A DNA stretch of 64,000 nucleotides from Camelus ferus. Its lineage: Eukaryota. The DNA lies in NCBI RefSeq assembly GCF_009834535.1, contig NC_045697.1, positions 81,098,001 through 81,162,000 on the forward strand, in the 5' to 3' direction. The position numbers and the translations under genes are program-made. The notes below the pieces were generated by a model that was not told the DNA's origin, did not search any database, and saw only the letters and a list, made by a program, of their open reading frames with translations. This document shows, one piece after another, positions 40,386 to 54,962 of the stretch (position 1 is its first letter; every line of letters starts with the position of its first letter).

Positions 40386-40779
40386 CTATTACAAAAAAAG
40401 GAGGCAAAAGGTTACATGGCAATCAAAGAAGCAGCAAATATACTTTACCAAAATTTTTGCTCAAAAAGTAATATTCAAAAGACCAATTCATTCCAGGGTC
40501 AAAATGATTTCCTGAACGTTAGTTAAGTGCATTGGGTGTGGCAATGACTTAAGTGTTCTTATATTAGTCTTCAAGATTCTATTGACGTAAACAACTCATT
40601 TAATATGAGTACACAGCCAAAGTAAAGCAGATTGATGATACAGCTCGGGGAGAACTTCAGAAATCAGGTGGTTCTACTTCCCTCCTGGAGTCAGAAGAGT
40701 GGCTAAAGCATCAAAGGCATCCAGCACAATACCTGAGTCTCAGTTAATATTATATTCAGATCAATTAAATTAAATCAAT

Positions 40780-41080
40780 CTACTCAACAGATGTTGACTG
40801 GTGTAACTCTGTGTAAGTTACTGTAGTAATGATTGGTAATAACTCTTGATAAGAAGAACACATTGGCTGGCCTCAATACACTTAAAGTGTATGTGTGGAC
40901 CTGGGTCAATAAATAGGTAATTGCAACATAGCGAGGCAGGTTCCATGATGAGAGAAAACCAGAGTGTTTTTCCAATACTTGAGAAAATGGGTGATTCAGA
41001 CTTGGGAGGTCAGTGAAGGCTTCCAGGAGGAAGTGTTTTCTAAGACTGCACCTTAAAATCATAAGTGTTTCTGGGAGGGT
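40780..41080 (-). mobile_element. L2 3' fragment
   Basis: tactcaacagatgttgactg...gggaggtcagtgaaggcttccaggaggaagtg. Confidence 0.65.
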
Positions 41081-42163
41081 TGAAAGAGGAGTGCGGGGTT
41101 CTGGAAGATGGCCAGTGGAACGTCCTACCCTGTCAAGACGGGGCAGTCAAGTCTGATACCTGAGTTACTAGGCTGAACAGATTAGCTGACAGAACCCACT
41201 GAGTGTCCCCATCAAAGAAGGCTCAGATGCCACCTCTGAACTTTATTTCCGTTTGAGTGAGGCCAGAAACTGAGGGCCACAGCAGAAAGGATCATGAAGT
41301 GACTGGATCTTCATGGCTCTCAGAAATCAAAACTTCCCTTCTGGAAAAGGTTATCCCTTGTGTAACACGCTGGACCCAGGGGACTTTGGTGGATTTCCCA
41401 GCCCTAGGATTGTTGAGAATGAGCTACACAAGTGGCCTGGCAGGGCAATAACTATTGCAGCTGGGGATTTGGAAGCAGAGAAGATCTTCAGAGAACTGGC
41501 ATTTTGTTCTCACATATCTCAGGTTCACATGAGCCAAGGCTACTGTGCTTTAAGCATTAACAAGAATGTTGCCTGTGTAGATCCTCACAGATTTACATGA
41601 CATCAGTACTGAATAGAAGTGTGAGCAGTTAAAGGAAATGAAGAGCAGATCTAAGGGGACCAGCCACCCTCAATAGAAGACATGTTAAGACATTGAGAAT
41701 GGGTGACTTCTAGGGAAAGTAAGGACAAAAATTACACATGCAATCTTAAGGAGATTTAATTACTAATTGAAAAATATGTTTAAAAATTAACAAATATAGA
41801 ATCAAATTATACAAATGTAATAAAAAAAATTAAAGGAGCCAGAACCGGTTAAGAACTGAATTAGAGGCCCAAAGGGCCAGGCAGAAGAACCACCTCAAAC
41901 ACACTGAAAAATACAGACATGAAAGTCATGAGAGTCAATAGCAGTCTTGAGAACTGATCTGATTTTTCTCCAGAAAAGAATACGAATTCACAAAGGAGAA
42001 AATGTGAAAGGAGGAACAAAAATGTTCCAAGGAGAAGAAATAAATTAGAGCTGGAGTAGCACAGAATAGCAGCTGGAAGGGACTAGGGAATCCAGATATT
42101 TTTTTCTAAATACTCTTTAGGATGGGACCTACATAAAAATATATAGTTGATGATGAGAATGAA

Positions 42164-42268
42164 GTGTGTGTTTGTGTGCGTGTGTGTATCTGTGTGTTTG
42201 CGTGTGTGTGTGAGAGAGATAGACAGAGGAAGAGGGACACAGAAAGAGAGAGAGAGGAGAGAGAGAGA
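42164..42268 (+). repeat. Compound imperfect (TG)n/(GA)n microsatellite
   Basis: gtgtgtgtttgtgtgcgtgtgtgtatctgtgtgtttgcgtgtgtgtgtgagagag...gagagagagaggagagagagaga, seen directly. Confidence 0.9.
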
Positions 42269-44860
42269 TTTTTGAGACATATAAGAGCTGGAAATATTGA
42301 TAGCTTAACATCCCTGAGATGTTGAGGTTGGGTGGATCCAAGGCACAGATAATGGAGTATTTTTGAATTATTGCTAAATATTTCAAAATAAACACTTCAG
42401 AACCACACTCAGTAGCATGTACCAGTGTTTAATCACCCTGAGGGTCACAGAATTGCACCCAGATCTCCCTGGGGCTAAAGAAAGTCAAAGCCTTTATGTT
42501 CTGAGCCGTACGCCTTCATGCCGCCAGGCATCTGAGGGGAAGGGAGGAGAATACATGTTCATCTAGGGACAGTGTCATCAGTAGACTCATGGCTTGCCAT
42601 TCCTATAATCAGCCATAAAATCTGGGTGCACTGCTTGAAAATGTGTATTTATTTTCTTACCACCTGTGTTTTCATCTATCCTTGAAATTCATTTTTAACC
42701 ATTATCTTTGATATAAATAGTTTGTAAAGGAAGTTTATCACACCTTGTAACATTCTAAGGAGAAACTTTATTCTATTTTACATACAATCAACTTCTTTAC
42801 TTCTTTTTAATTTTACCAGAGTAAGTTTGCCAGGGTAAGCCAGTCAAATCGTGAGAAATCAATATTGACAATTGGGACTCTGATCTTCTAGATTTAAAGC
42901 CAATGAATTATGCTTTTAGAATTATTGTGCTAAATTTAATCTTTTTGGAAATCCTTTCCTACCCTGGTAATATCAAAATTTGACCCAGAGTCATGAAGAA
43001 TGCTCATGTGTCCAAGGGATTCTAGCAGAACTACAATGTTAACTTCAAGTGCCTTAAGCCCAGGGCTACCCAGCAATCCGTCCGTTCCCCTTCATGGCCC
43101 CACTTTCAACCCATGGGAATTTTTTCCAGGATTCAGCAATGGAGAAGTGGGATATTTCATCCTTCTGTTCTCATCTCACAACAACTGAGCAAATAGGGGT
43201 TTGGGGACCACTTTTATATTTCACGTGTATTGCAAGGGATGCATGGGCCATGTTGAAGTTGTTTAAAGACAACTTTGCATTGAAGGCCAGATTCTTAGCA
43301 TGTATCTGTGCCCAACTTCCAGGGAATTTACAGCCTCTGACAGCAGTGGGAGTTTTGCCAATTGAAGCAATAAAGAGAACAAACAAAGACCTTCAGACTT
43401 CTATGATGGAATGGATTTTAAGAATTATCACAATCGTTTTCACATTAAATAGCATTTTCATAGCATATAAAATATTGTCACCCAATTTCTTTACTTTAAC
43501 GTGTTTGTCTGTCTTGGGAAAGCCAAAACCTGCTAAAAGCTTTATCATTTCCACACTGATAGGTCAAACATCAAAATCTAAAGCATAAGTTATTATCTTT
43601 ATAAATACAAACAACAAGGAGGAATACTAGATTTACATTTACCAACCTGTAATTTTCTAGCAGAACTAAGAAGTTGTAATATTCAATGACAAATGATGGA
43701 CAATATGTCTTTAAATTAAATTTTTAACATAATTTTACGACAAAGGAATGCTTTATTTCTTACTTGTCATTCCAGTGTTAGAACTGCTGTGAGGGATTTG
43801 GTAGAAAATTAACACACATTTTAAACAACAACAACAATAACAAAAAAGTGATATATCTGAACATATGTGCTGCTTTTTTTTCCCTCCCTGCACTGTTGTA
43901 ATAAAATTTATATTCCTGGAGGAAGAAAAGATTTCAACAACCAGAATCTAATAGTCTGGAAATTTTGCCCACAACCTTTAAAATGATCTACTTGCTTGTG
44001 TTACACCTATCTTCATCCGGGCCAGGCTTATTTACTGTGACGGCTTGCTTTGTGTTATGGTTTGTGCACTCACTGATGAAAATGCTTCTAGTCAAAGTAG
44101 TGAATTCAAAATATAGCAACTCAATAAAAACTTTAATTAATCAGGACACGAGCAAAGTATATAAAACTGTCACATACTGAAGAAAGTATAAAATATTCTA
44201 ATTGAAAGTGTCATCTCATTGGTAAAATACTTTTACTCTCTTTTACTACTGTTCTTATACCCTTGTCCTTCAGCACATGAGAAAATACCAAGGGAAAAAA
44301 ATGCCTGATGAACCTTATGTGTATCAGAAAATAAGTCCAAACCATATATATATGTAATGATTATTAAAAAAAACGAACAAGCCACACATCTAGAATATCT
44401 GAAGGTAATAATGGCAGCAGTTCTGAAAAAAAAATCAATTCAAGGTCCATATGGAGTGTACAATAGTCTGAATCAAACCAAAGCCCTTTTTTTTTTAAAA
44501 CAAATTAATTCAGGAGTGAATTAGGCAAAGCCACAAAAAGTAGAAATAAAAAATTAGACACTACGACTGTGACACGTAACCTCAACGTTGTCAAAAATTT
44601 GATGTCTGTTAAACAATTGTAAAGTTGATAATTAAAAATTTATTTCATACGTCTAATTAAATAAGCAACTTTAGGGTCTCTTTGAGGATTGTGGTATAAA
44701 GATGATACACAGGAATGAAGAGCAGTTCAAATAATGAACTTGCTGTGGGTGCTTAAATATTTCACAAAGTAAAACATAATCAGTCAAATAACACCATACG
44801 TAATATGTTTCATGACAAAAGAAAAAGAAGAAAGAAAGAAAGAAAGTTGGTTATTCTCAC

Positions 44861-44957
44861 CTGTTTTTTGTGGCCCGATGACAAGGAATTTTGGTAAGTG
44901 GTCACAAGTTTTCTCTCTGGACCAGATGTCTTTGTGCCTTTTATCATCACAGGGATT
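44861..44957 (-). CDS. NDST4: NDST4 coding exon (97 nt): [32 protein letters not shown](G)
   Basis: Acceptor cttgcag|AAT, donor ACAG|gtgag. Start of the sulfotransferase domain, with the first half of the 5'-PSB loop [19 protein letters not shown] matches NDST4 rather than NDST3 as I recall them. Confidence 0.97.
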
Positions 44958-45699
44958 CTGCAAGAAGGAAGAGTAATGACGCTTGCGGTGTAATGAATGC
45001 CTGGCTTTGTTCCACAAAAATCGTTCAAAAGACAGGATCAAATTCTTGACTGGTATCTTAGAACTGGGAGTAGGACCTCGGTCTGGTTCTGGTTCTCTGA
45101 TTTCCAAATCTTTCCGTATAAAACGGCACCATCCTTTCTCTAAGGCTAGGACTCAGTTTCAAGTTTCTTCTGCCCTCATCCTCTTCTGAGGCTTGGCTAG
45201 GTTCTAACTGCTGAGATTCCACCCTATCTCTGAATTTATGTTTTATATCTGTAAACCTGAGCCTTAACTTGTCTCTACCTGGTTTGACCATAGTTTCTTG
45301 GATATCCGTGCTCTGTCCTAATCCTTCTTATTTTTTTCCCCTAGAGGCTGGTAAGGCCATCCTTGAACTCCAGACTTGGCTCACGTTCCCTTTCCTTTTC
45401 ACACTATGTGCTATTTTCTGCTGACCCAGCTTATCTCATACACTGGCCATACCCCATAAACTGGTAGCGTGTAGTTCATTATTTTTAGCTCCTACCTCCC
45501 TCCTGAACTTTAGACCTATATTTTAAATTGCATAGGTGTCATTGCTGTGTAGATGTGGTGAAGGAATGCCAGACCCAACACAGCCATCTGTCCATTTTAT
45601 CCCCATCTCAACCTTCTCCTGTGCCAATCATCATTCCATTCGAGTGACCCAAATTTACCATCCAATTCATGACACTTTTGAGAATTAAATGGCTTATTT

Positions 45700-46900
45700 G
45701 GAGAACTGGTGCTTTCCATCTCCACAACTTTAAGGTCTTTGGGTCTAGGAGTTCTAGTTCCCAGAAGAAGGATGCTCCCACCAGGAGGCACCGAAGAGGA
45801 CCACCACGCTAAAATTTGAAACTATTTTCCATTCACTTTGGACTCCTTGTGCCAGCAGACCAGCAGGCATGGAAATGAGTTACCATCGTGATAGGCGCAC
45901 CTGACCCTCATCATCATGAGAGGCAGAACAGCCACTATACAGGGAGACATGTCTTTGGTATTCAAGTAATACACTGGGTTACTTGTTGATACTTTGGTGC
46001 CCACGTTTAACTGTAGATCAGAAAGGACAGCAAGCACAGCCTGACTAGGGCTGTTCTGGGCACCACAACAGTCTGCCACAGTGTACTCCTTGCTTCACAA
46101 ATGAAGTTCTCTTCACCCAGGCATGGCCTTTCTCTGTCATAATTCTTGGGGGAAATTTGTAAGAAAAGAGTTAGTGGGACAAACATTGAGCTGTTGCTAC
46201 TGCAGCTGGTCCTGAGGCTGTGCCTGACCCACCAGGTGAGCCATCTAGCCCGGGAGAAGTGCTAACCAGAGGTGGGGTGAAATCAGAATAGGGGGTGGAG
46301 GTGGGAGGAAACATGCACTGGTTTCAGCTTTGGAACCAACTGCAGCAGTGGGGTTGCAGTTCTTCTAACGGCCCTCCTTACAGGCTTCCCCAGGAATTAC
46401 CTTTACACTTGTGGAAAAATTGCACCTGGGTAAGTGAGTGTGTTGAGAAGCAAGTATAACTTGTGAAGTGAGGTGTCGAACAGGGCAGGGGGTGCTCTTT
46501 CCTCCACTGAAGGAAACACCTTATTTCTGGCCGGTGCAACACCCTATCCCCATTCTCAGCCCACTTTTGCCCCCAGCTAGGGAGACTGAGTATTGCCTTG
46601 GCCAGTAGGAACCCCTTGACAGGAAATTATGCATCTCTCCCACTCTCCAGGGGGTTGGTCCAAGTCCGAAGACTGACTGACACAGGGGTGTAAAAGCCTG
46701 ACCTGCTTACTTCAAGGTGAGACAGTTTGCGTGATTAGCTTTCTCCCTGCAGATCCGATCAAGGCCAAACTTTTCCTAAGACCACACCTGGGCTCAAGCT
46801 CTTTCCTCGTCTCTTTCTTGTTTTACTTTTTCCCTTATAGAGTTTCCCTAAAAGCATTTCCTCAGTAAATCACTGAACCAGATCCCTACCTCAGACTTGA
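45700..46900 (+). mobile_element. ERVL internal fragment (dUTPase-like region) plus LTR16-like 3' LTR (~46492-46900)
   Basis: ggtctaggagttctagttcccagaagaaggatgctcccaccagg and cactttggactccttgtgccagcagaccagcaggca resemble the ERVL pol 3'/dUTPase region. A purine tract gaacagggcaggggg precedes TG. gactgactgacacagggg(t)gtaaaagc is LTR16-like. Confidence 0.65.
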
Positions 46901-47669
46901 TCCCAATGCATTTTCCATCCCCACTTTTCGCTGGAATACGAGTAGAGTGTAATAACAAAAGACTAGTTACATAGAAAGTCAACTACATATACATCTTGCA
47001 TTTCTTTATGAATTCATCTCTGGAAACTGTGAGAAAATGAGTTAATTACAAGCCAATAAACTCAAAATTTCTTATGTACTTCACATAATAACTGAAATTT
47101 TATTTTATTTTTACTGGTGACTCTATTTTCTGTAATCTTTTTATTCAGTATTCAATCTCAAATCCTCCATAGTCTAGCTTCAGCTTAACTCTCTAAACAT
47201 AATTTTCACTATAGCAGAGAAGGCTAACCTTTCTAGTCTCCCTTTCTTCCTTCAGAACATCCCCTATTTTGTTTTGGTTTTGCAGCTAGAGACTCTATTT
47301 CACAGTCTCTCAAATTGAGCTCTCTTCATATGACCAATTTCAGTTTAAAGAAAGTGAGCTGAAATGATGTAAGGTATCCTCTTAAGGATAAAGTCACTCT
47401 CCCTAGATTTCCCCTTTTCCACTTACTGCCAGCTGTAAAAATGGCTCCAATTGCAGCATGTGCCTTGGACTCAGAGGTGGAAACCATACATATGTCAAAC
47501 ACCTGCCAACCCCGGACCTTGGACAGCCATGTGAAACAGAGCGGTCTAACTCTCTTAGACTGTCTGCCCATTTTTAGAGAGTTGTCTGAGGAGAGATACA
47601 TTTTTACTTTATTTAGCCACTGTATTTTTGGAATGTCATCGTTATAGCAACATTGCCTCTACTCTAACT

Positions 47670-47926
47670 CAGTGTGTTTCAAAGCACTTGTCTGTGAGAA
47701 GGTAAAAAGCTCGTGTCAGAATGTGAATTACTGCACTGCATGCTTCAACAAGAACATCTTGCTTCAAGGGAAAAAAAAAAGGAAAAAAAAAAGAAAATTC
47801 CGGACGAAGCAACCAGCTGCTTAGTGATACAGTTGGTTTACCTGTTGGCACAAACTTCCTGTCTCATGGCAAATCAGCAACAAATAATTCAAGACTGTTC
47901 ATGGACCACACTTTGAGTAGCATTGC
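47670..47926. mobile_element. hAT-Charlie fossil
   Basis: Termini cagtgtgtttcaaag ... ggaccacactttgagtagcattg are hAT-Charlie-like terminal inverted repeats. Confidence 0.55.
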
Positions 47927-48131
47927 TCTGAACTAAAAACTGTCAACACCAGCTTAGTGCCTCGGTTATACTGCATGTGCTACTATAGATATACTCATAC
48001 CAGCGCCTGAATCTTTGAATAATTAATTTTTCTGTGTAATGCTCTTATTTTTCACCCACAATTCATAGTCAAAATCTTGCCAGTTCTTCTCATTGAAGTT
48101 AATATGTACCATAAATCTTCCTTATTTATTT

Positions 48132-48373
48132 AATTTTTTTTCCCTTCTCAAGTTTTAAAAAATTTCATTGATGTATAGACAGTTTACAATGTTGTGCCAA
48201 TTTCTGGCATACAGCATAATGTTTCAGTCACACATATACAAACATATATTTGTTTTCATATTCTTTTTCATTATAGGTTACTACAAGATATTGAATATAG
48301 TTCCCTCTGCTATACAGTATAAACTTGTTGTGTATCTATTTTTTATATAGTAGCTAGTATCTGCAAATCTCGA
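48132..48373 (-). mobile_element. 5'-truncated L1 3' end, same family as the element at 14122
   Basis: Near-identical to 14122-14230 (ctttttcattataggttactacaagatattgaatatagttccct.tgctatacagtataaacttgttg). Confidence 0.85.
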
Positions 48374-48384
48374 CCTATTTATCT

Positions 48385-48560
48385 TAGAGGGGCAGCATAG
48401 CCCAGTTGTTAAGAGTGTGAGCTCAGGAGGGAGACTGCCTCTGTCTCAAGCATTTTCCTAAACTCTCTGGACCTCAGATTCCTTCTCCAGAAAATAATAA
48501 TGGATAGTACCTACCTCATATGATTATTGAGGGTGTTAAATGAGCTAGTGCTTTTATTTT
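48385..48560 (+). mobile_element. MIR SINE
   Basis: gagggggcagcatagcccagttgttaagagtgtgagctc...gtacctacctcatatgattattgag. Confidence 0.7.
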
Positions 48561-49189
48561 TCCTTTTCTCCACATTAGTTAGGGAACTGAAGTAACAGAA
48601 AGAGGTTACTCTTGCCGGTGGACTGGTTTATTGTGGATATCCACCCCCGGAACAGACTTCTGGGTCCACTGTCAGAATGCACTGGCACCTAAGGTGGCTG
48701 CCCCTTAATCACAGCTGAGTGATTAGACTTCTGGGATATATGAATTATCTGATGGGGAAATAGCTCGGAGTTTCATCAGTCAAACGTGAAGCTATAGGCT
48801 AACGTACCAGATGACCCAAAGACCCCTGTATAATCCTAATTCAATTACCTGAATGCTAAGATGTTACAACACTTGCTATTCTGAATATTTTTATTACTAA
48901 CAATTCAATTTGCATTACTTTAGTCCTTCTGTAGGTGCCAGTATAGTTGGTGGCATCTGTATACCTCAATCTAGGCAGGCTCTCTTTCTCTATAACTGCA
49001 TTCCCTCCATGTTAAGCTATTTTAGGGCTATCCGGACACCCATATTTCTTCTTTTGTCTCTTTTCCAGGCATGTTTGCCCTGGTGTCTGTTAATCACAAC
49101 TCTAATAGCAGGATGTCTGCATTTCCTATTTTATATTCTGAAAATGTTTGTTTAGACTTTTCCTACTCTGACTTTCCTTACATTGGCTG

Positions 49190-49420
49190 AATAACAGCTA
49201 ACATAATATCTAACTTTTATTGATCACCTTCTATATTCCAGGCACTTGCTTGACTGTAGATTATTTCTAATCCTCAAAGCAACCTGGCAAGACAGATATT
49301 ATTATCCCTTCTTCATAGCTGAGGAAGCTGGGATGCAAGGTGTTTTATTTAGGTCTTGCTGAAGGTGACACAGCACATTAGTTTCAGATTTGAAAGCTAA
49401 AGCTCAGGTTCTCTCTGCAG
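49190..49420 (-). mobile_element. MIR SINE
   Basis: aacttttattgatcaccttctatattccaggcac...taatcctcaaagcaacctggcaagacagatattattatcc. Confidence 0.7.
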
Positions 49421-52400
49421 TTAAAGTGTGTGTGTGTGTGTGCGTGAGACAGAGAGAGAGGATTCTGCAATGATTATGAAGGAAAAAAAAGCATTTTCAT
49501 GCACTTTCATACTTGGTTCTATTGCTAGCATTTTCATTTCAAAGGTCAGAAAATTACAAAGCAATTATATCCCTATCTGATTGTTCCCCATGTATCTGAA
49601 ACAGCTATACACAATAATTTACTTTTTTCAGTATCTCGTACTATAGGTATATTGAAACTTTGAAAAAACTCAGTTAAAATTGCTTTATGCAGTTAATGGT
49701 TGCAGAGCCAGTATAGTAAAAATGTTCATGACTTAATTTTCATACAGGTATGGGAGGGACAGGTGGTTCTGTACACAGAGTATAGGATGAGGTGAGGAAG
49801 ATTTACTTTTAAGTAGACATAAGCAAAGTGGACAGAAGATTCTCTGAGATAACCAGACTTAAAAAGGGCAGTAAATTCTAATGAAATCATGTTACTTTGA
49901 AGGGGATGAGCACCCCAATTTACTCTTTCTCATTAAGTAAAATTTCCAATTTACAATCAAGTGAAAAGCACATACTTTAAAAAATCACACTACTGACCTT
50001 ATCTTGAAGTTCATATTTTTACAGAATACATGAAAATAACTTTTGTTCTCATTAGAGCTGGTTATTCCAACCTACCTGCCTTTTCTGTACTCACAATCTT
50101 CCCTGCTCACTGTGTCTCCACATCCTTCACTGACAAGGACACGGTAGAATTATCAATGAGATTGATTATCCCCTCTCAAGTCGTGTGCCTTTTCCAGATA
50201 ACTAGGCGACCTCTAGACCTTAATAGCCGAGACATTAAAAATGCCCAGTGGTCCTGGCAGAAGGATTATTTTGTTAATTACAAACATTTCCAGGTTATTG
50301 GTTTTCGCTCCATACCCCTCTGCTTGCCTTCCGCTGTTCTGACCTCACTGTTTCAAGAAGAATGCTAGGAAAGGTGCTTTTGTTTTTCTTTTGAAATCTG
50401 CTTCTTCCCCATCTGGTTGTGTGGCTTTTAAATTTTCTTCTGCTTATTAAGCTTTGCCGTGTACGTGTCTTTAAACCAAATCCTTTTCCAAATCTGTATT
50501 ATACACGCTGGTGACTTTCAATTTTTTGTCTCTTGATGTCATTTAAGCCTAACACAATCCAGGTACACTGATGAGGAATTTTAATAGGTTAGGGATGTTT
50601 ATTCTCAACGCTTCAATCAGCAAATCCTTACGGAGAAACTCTGAGACACACACCATCTTCACAGACTCTGCCTTGCTTGAACCAGAGAGTAAACCAGTGA
50701 GTCCATCAGCTCCTTGGAAAAGCCTTTCCTTTCTGAGTGCACAGATCCCTAATGAATGCTCGCTCCACAGTAGCACTTAATATTCTGATTCTTACCCAGA
50801 CTTTCTACCAAAGAGCTCCGATTTACAGAGAAGCATCAACGCCAATCTCTGTGGGTGGGAGTGGGTAAAAAGGGGTGTAGCTGTGGTTCATGTGTGAATC
50901 TGGGGTGAGTGCATGGTAAGTGTTGCTTTAAGTACAAAATCCCTCTGATTTATCGTAAGTGTCTATGCATTCTTCACCATGTTACACCATGTTTATTTCA
51001 ATAAATTCAGACTGTATTTTCCCATGAAATATTCTCAAAAGTAAAACTGACCTCAGGAGAAGGTGACACATTTACTTTGTAGCTGAGTATCTCCAAACAG
51101 AAGACTGTGCACTCTTGCATACAACATCTTATATTATTATTTATAGTTTTATGGAATATCCTTACAGAGAATCTGGTTAACTAACTCAATAAAAGAAAGT
51201 ATTTTTAAACTCTTATTAATAGGTTGGTCTAATATAATGTATTCACTCACAGTATGACATTAAAGCTGTCAAGATATTTTTGTAGGGCACACACAAGAAA
51301 TCAGTTTTTTAAAAAATAGTTATATTGAATTAGGGACTCAAGTATATTTATTTTATGATGACTTTGATTCAGAATGTATGAAAGTATACTAACATTTAAT
51401 TTGATTTTAATTTTAATTTTATTTTATGAGCTATCCTCAAGTAGTTTTTCCATGACGAAACCCCAGTAAGTTACTTGTGTGGAGAATTTGACACCTGACA
51501 AGATCATACTTGCCACTGATTGATGGGAAAGGAAAATCCACGACTTATGTCACCATTTCTGGATGTCAGAATGTCTGACAGCCTTGTGTAATCAAAAACA
51601 GTAAAGTGCTTCATTGTAAATTAAATAAAATTGTGAAGAATTACCTACGTATTTGGGAAGCATTCCTGAGAGGTTTAAATACTATTCTGAGTTAGGAAGA
51701 GAAATGTAACATTGTAACACATAAATCCAAATGATGATTAGGAAAAATATGTCAGCTCATGAAGTCTGTGCCTTTGCTCTGCATCTGTGAAGTGATTAAA
51801 AAAACTGTTCTGGCTATTTCCCTGGAAAGGCAAAAATATGAGTAAATGGCGGTGAAGAACATGAAATTACAGCACTCTTATTTCCCCAGCTGCAGGGGTA
51901 ATTACTCACACATCAGTGTTCCTTTAATCTCAGCATCTCACCCACAAACAATTTCTAATACGTTTTCTTCAAAGGTCTCACTTTTTCTCATAGTCATGAA
52001 GCTATTCAGGGCTTTCCTCTCTCATAGCTAGACTATTATCCTAACTTCAGCTCCTCCCTGTTACCTGTTGTGGAAAAAAAGCTTCTAGCATCATCTTTAC
52101 TGGCAACACTTTAAAAAAAATGATTTCACTCTCATTTTCGCAACCCACAGGTAGTTCCTCCTTGTTGCATATCAAACCCAAATTACCCTGGTAGCTCTCA
52201 AAGCTTTCCTGTCAGACTCTGACATGCTTCTCAGGGTTACGTCCCATTACATCCTACCCTTCCCCAAGAAATTAGTGTGTCACTGTTATTATTTTTTGTG
52301 CACACACACACACCCCTTTGCTTTTGCTTATCCATTCATGAGATTTTAACGACAGTAGCTTGCTACCAGGCTAGGTTCTAGGTTACAAACATGAATGAAT

Positions 52401-54962
52401 AAACATAGTCACACGCCTTAAAGTTTGCATGAGCTGGTATATGACAAGCACAAGTGTCCGCAATACAGAGTCATAAATGAGGTACAGAGCAGTAGAAAGA
52501 GGGATACATATAAAGACAAATTGACAAATGCCATTTTGTACACATAACCAGGAGCTATTATGGTTTGTAAATTCCAGAAAGGCAAAGACCTTTCTTTTTA
52601 TTACGTAGATACTTCCAAAGTATAGGTCAAATGTATCCACACTGAATACACTACCAGATTCTTCGGAAGAAACAAGGTATTCCCAATATTTCATTCTACA
52701 AAGACAGTTGATGACACAAGTAGATTCCTTTTCCTAAGTGTAAAATTACTGTCTTGGGTGTGGCTGGAACTACACTGGAGTAGGAATGAGGCAACTTGAG
52801 CTTTGGTCCTGACTTGCCCCTAATAAGCCAAGTGACTTTTAGCAAGACAAGGGGAAACCTCCTTAGGGATCTAAAGTCAGTAAGTTGGGTGAGATGCCCC
52901 TACCTTCTTCTCCTGCTCTTACAATCTATTATTCTCTGTGTCAGCATTCCTTCAACAGACACACACTAACAGGATCTACAGTATGTGTGTCCCTAGATCT
53001 CGTGATCTGTTTATATTACAGATACTCATGTCTTACCATTTCTAAGCTGGAGTCAAATGATTTCACAGCTAGAATCAATGAAGGTGCTCACTCCCTAGGC
53101 TTAGCACACTGTGGCTTTGCTTTCGCTTATTTTTAATCCTGGAGATACTGGCCTGGAAAGACAGAAACTGCCGCTCTTTGAGCATTCCCTTGGTCACATG
53201 GGCAAGCAGGAATCCACATCACACTTGGCATGTTTATTGACAGTGAGACTCCAGAGTGACTGACGGAAGCCTGAGACTGAGCTGACCTGACAGCTTGAGA
53301 GCTTAAAAGCATCGATTAGTGAACGTGCCAGAATCTGACCTTCCAACTGCCTCCATGTTGTGGTTTTGGTTTCGATAATGAGATTAAAAAAAAAAAAAAA
53401 GAGAGAGAGAGAGGAAACTTTATTCTTTCTTGTTTAATGGTGATTATTCTACCCAAACAAGAAGGGCCATGAATTAGTAGGAACTTGTGAGTATAATTTT
53501 AAGACTCTCACACACCAGGGACTGCACTGGGGCAGGTGCACTCTCACTGCACAGTCCCATGTCTGCCTTCAGCACATATTCTCACATTAAACAGCTTTGA
53601 AAGACTCTCCTTCCAACGGAGGGAGCACACACATCTTGTACACACTGTACTTGCCATGCTGTCCACTGACAGATATTCATACTGCACTCTTTAATTAGGT
53701 GACAAAGCAGGTTTCACATATATGGTAGTTGGTGCTAATGAAAATTTATATAAGGAACCAAAGGACGCTAAACAGTTGTGAAGATTATCATTTTGCTTGT
53801 TTTCGTTTCATTTGTGGTAATAAAAAAGTGTGAATTGAAAATCTAAGGAAAAATAACAGATGACTGACTTTAAAAATGAAATACACTCAGTAAGAAGGCA
53901 TACTTATAAATACCATAAAGTACCTGCAGCATTTAATTTAGAGACTGTATAGCAATGGCCGAGACACACAATATAAATGGATCCTCAGTCTGTGGGGTTG
54001 TGATGAATGGGCTATTACTTAGTGCTGGTTATGCTTATACTTTTTTTGTAAAATGAAATTCATACTGTACAAAAGTCACGATGATAGTGCTTACAGCTGT
54101 TTTGTTTGCTATTGTTAATACGAATATGAGAAGAGAAAACCACCAGGGAAGGGAACTCAGAAAGTATTATGTCCTTTATCTTTACTTGACCGTTGCAGTT
54201 TTCTGACATCATTTATGACTGGTAAAGTTCATCAGATTTGCTTCAGATTTGCTCAAAAGCTCATGCACCTGGAGAACTCCCTCTTGAGTTTAACTGTCAT
54301 TCTGCGTTCTATTCCTTGTTTTCCTTCTTAAATATATTTGAGAATATATGGCATTTTAGTTAAGGGGAGAGGTTCACAACTTTATTTTTCAGTCAGAAGA
54401 AACCATATAAATAATATCATTCACATGATAAAATGGGAGTCTTTTAGTAAACATTTACTCTTGAGTGTTATTTGAAAATTCTTATACTAAGTGGGTTTGA
54501 TAATACTTATGAAAATTTCTAGACATAAAAATGACAGCTACAACAGTGAACTCTCTGAAACCTTTTCTGACTAATCATAATATTTATTAAGAACTCCCTA
54601 GGAATTTACTTCTATGATGCTATTCAAAATTAAAATAGTCACACATGCAATATTTTGTGCATGTGTGTGTATCTGTATATGTTCTCATATCTTCCTAAGT
54701 GGCACAGTTCTCTAAGGAACAATTCTATTTTCTGTTTCTAATTTTCATTTATACCCCCAATCAACTAGTGCAATATTTCATATTTAACAAACATTCAATC
54801 AATATTTAGAATCGTCATGTTGACCAGGTCATATTGGAGCTGGCTTGTCTTTGATTATATTCATTCCCTAATAAAATGGCCAGTGTCACTGATGTCAAAA
54901 CAGTATCAATACATAAAATTCTTTAATTTTAAACAACTCACATAGTATTAAGATTAAGATTT

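Noticed and set aside
43094..43588. 164-aa ORF antisense to NDST4
   Set aside because: No recognisable homology, and its 3' part runs into MIR-like sequence. Consistent with a chance ORF.
44784..45107. 107-aa ORF as a standalone gene
   Set aside because: Only 44861-44957 is the NDST4 exon; the rest is intronic read-through.
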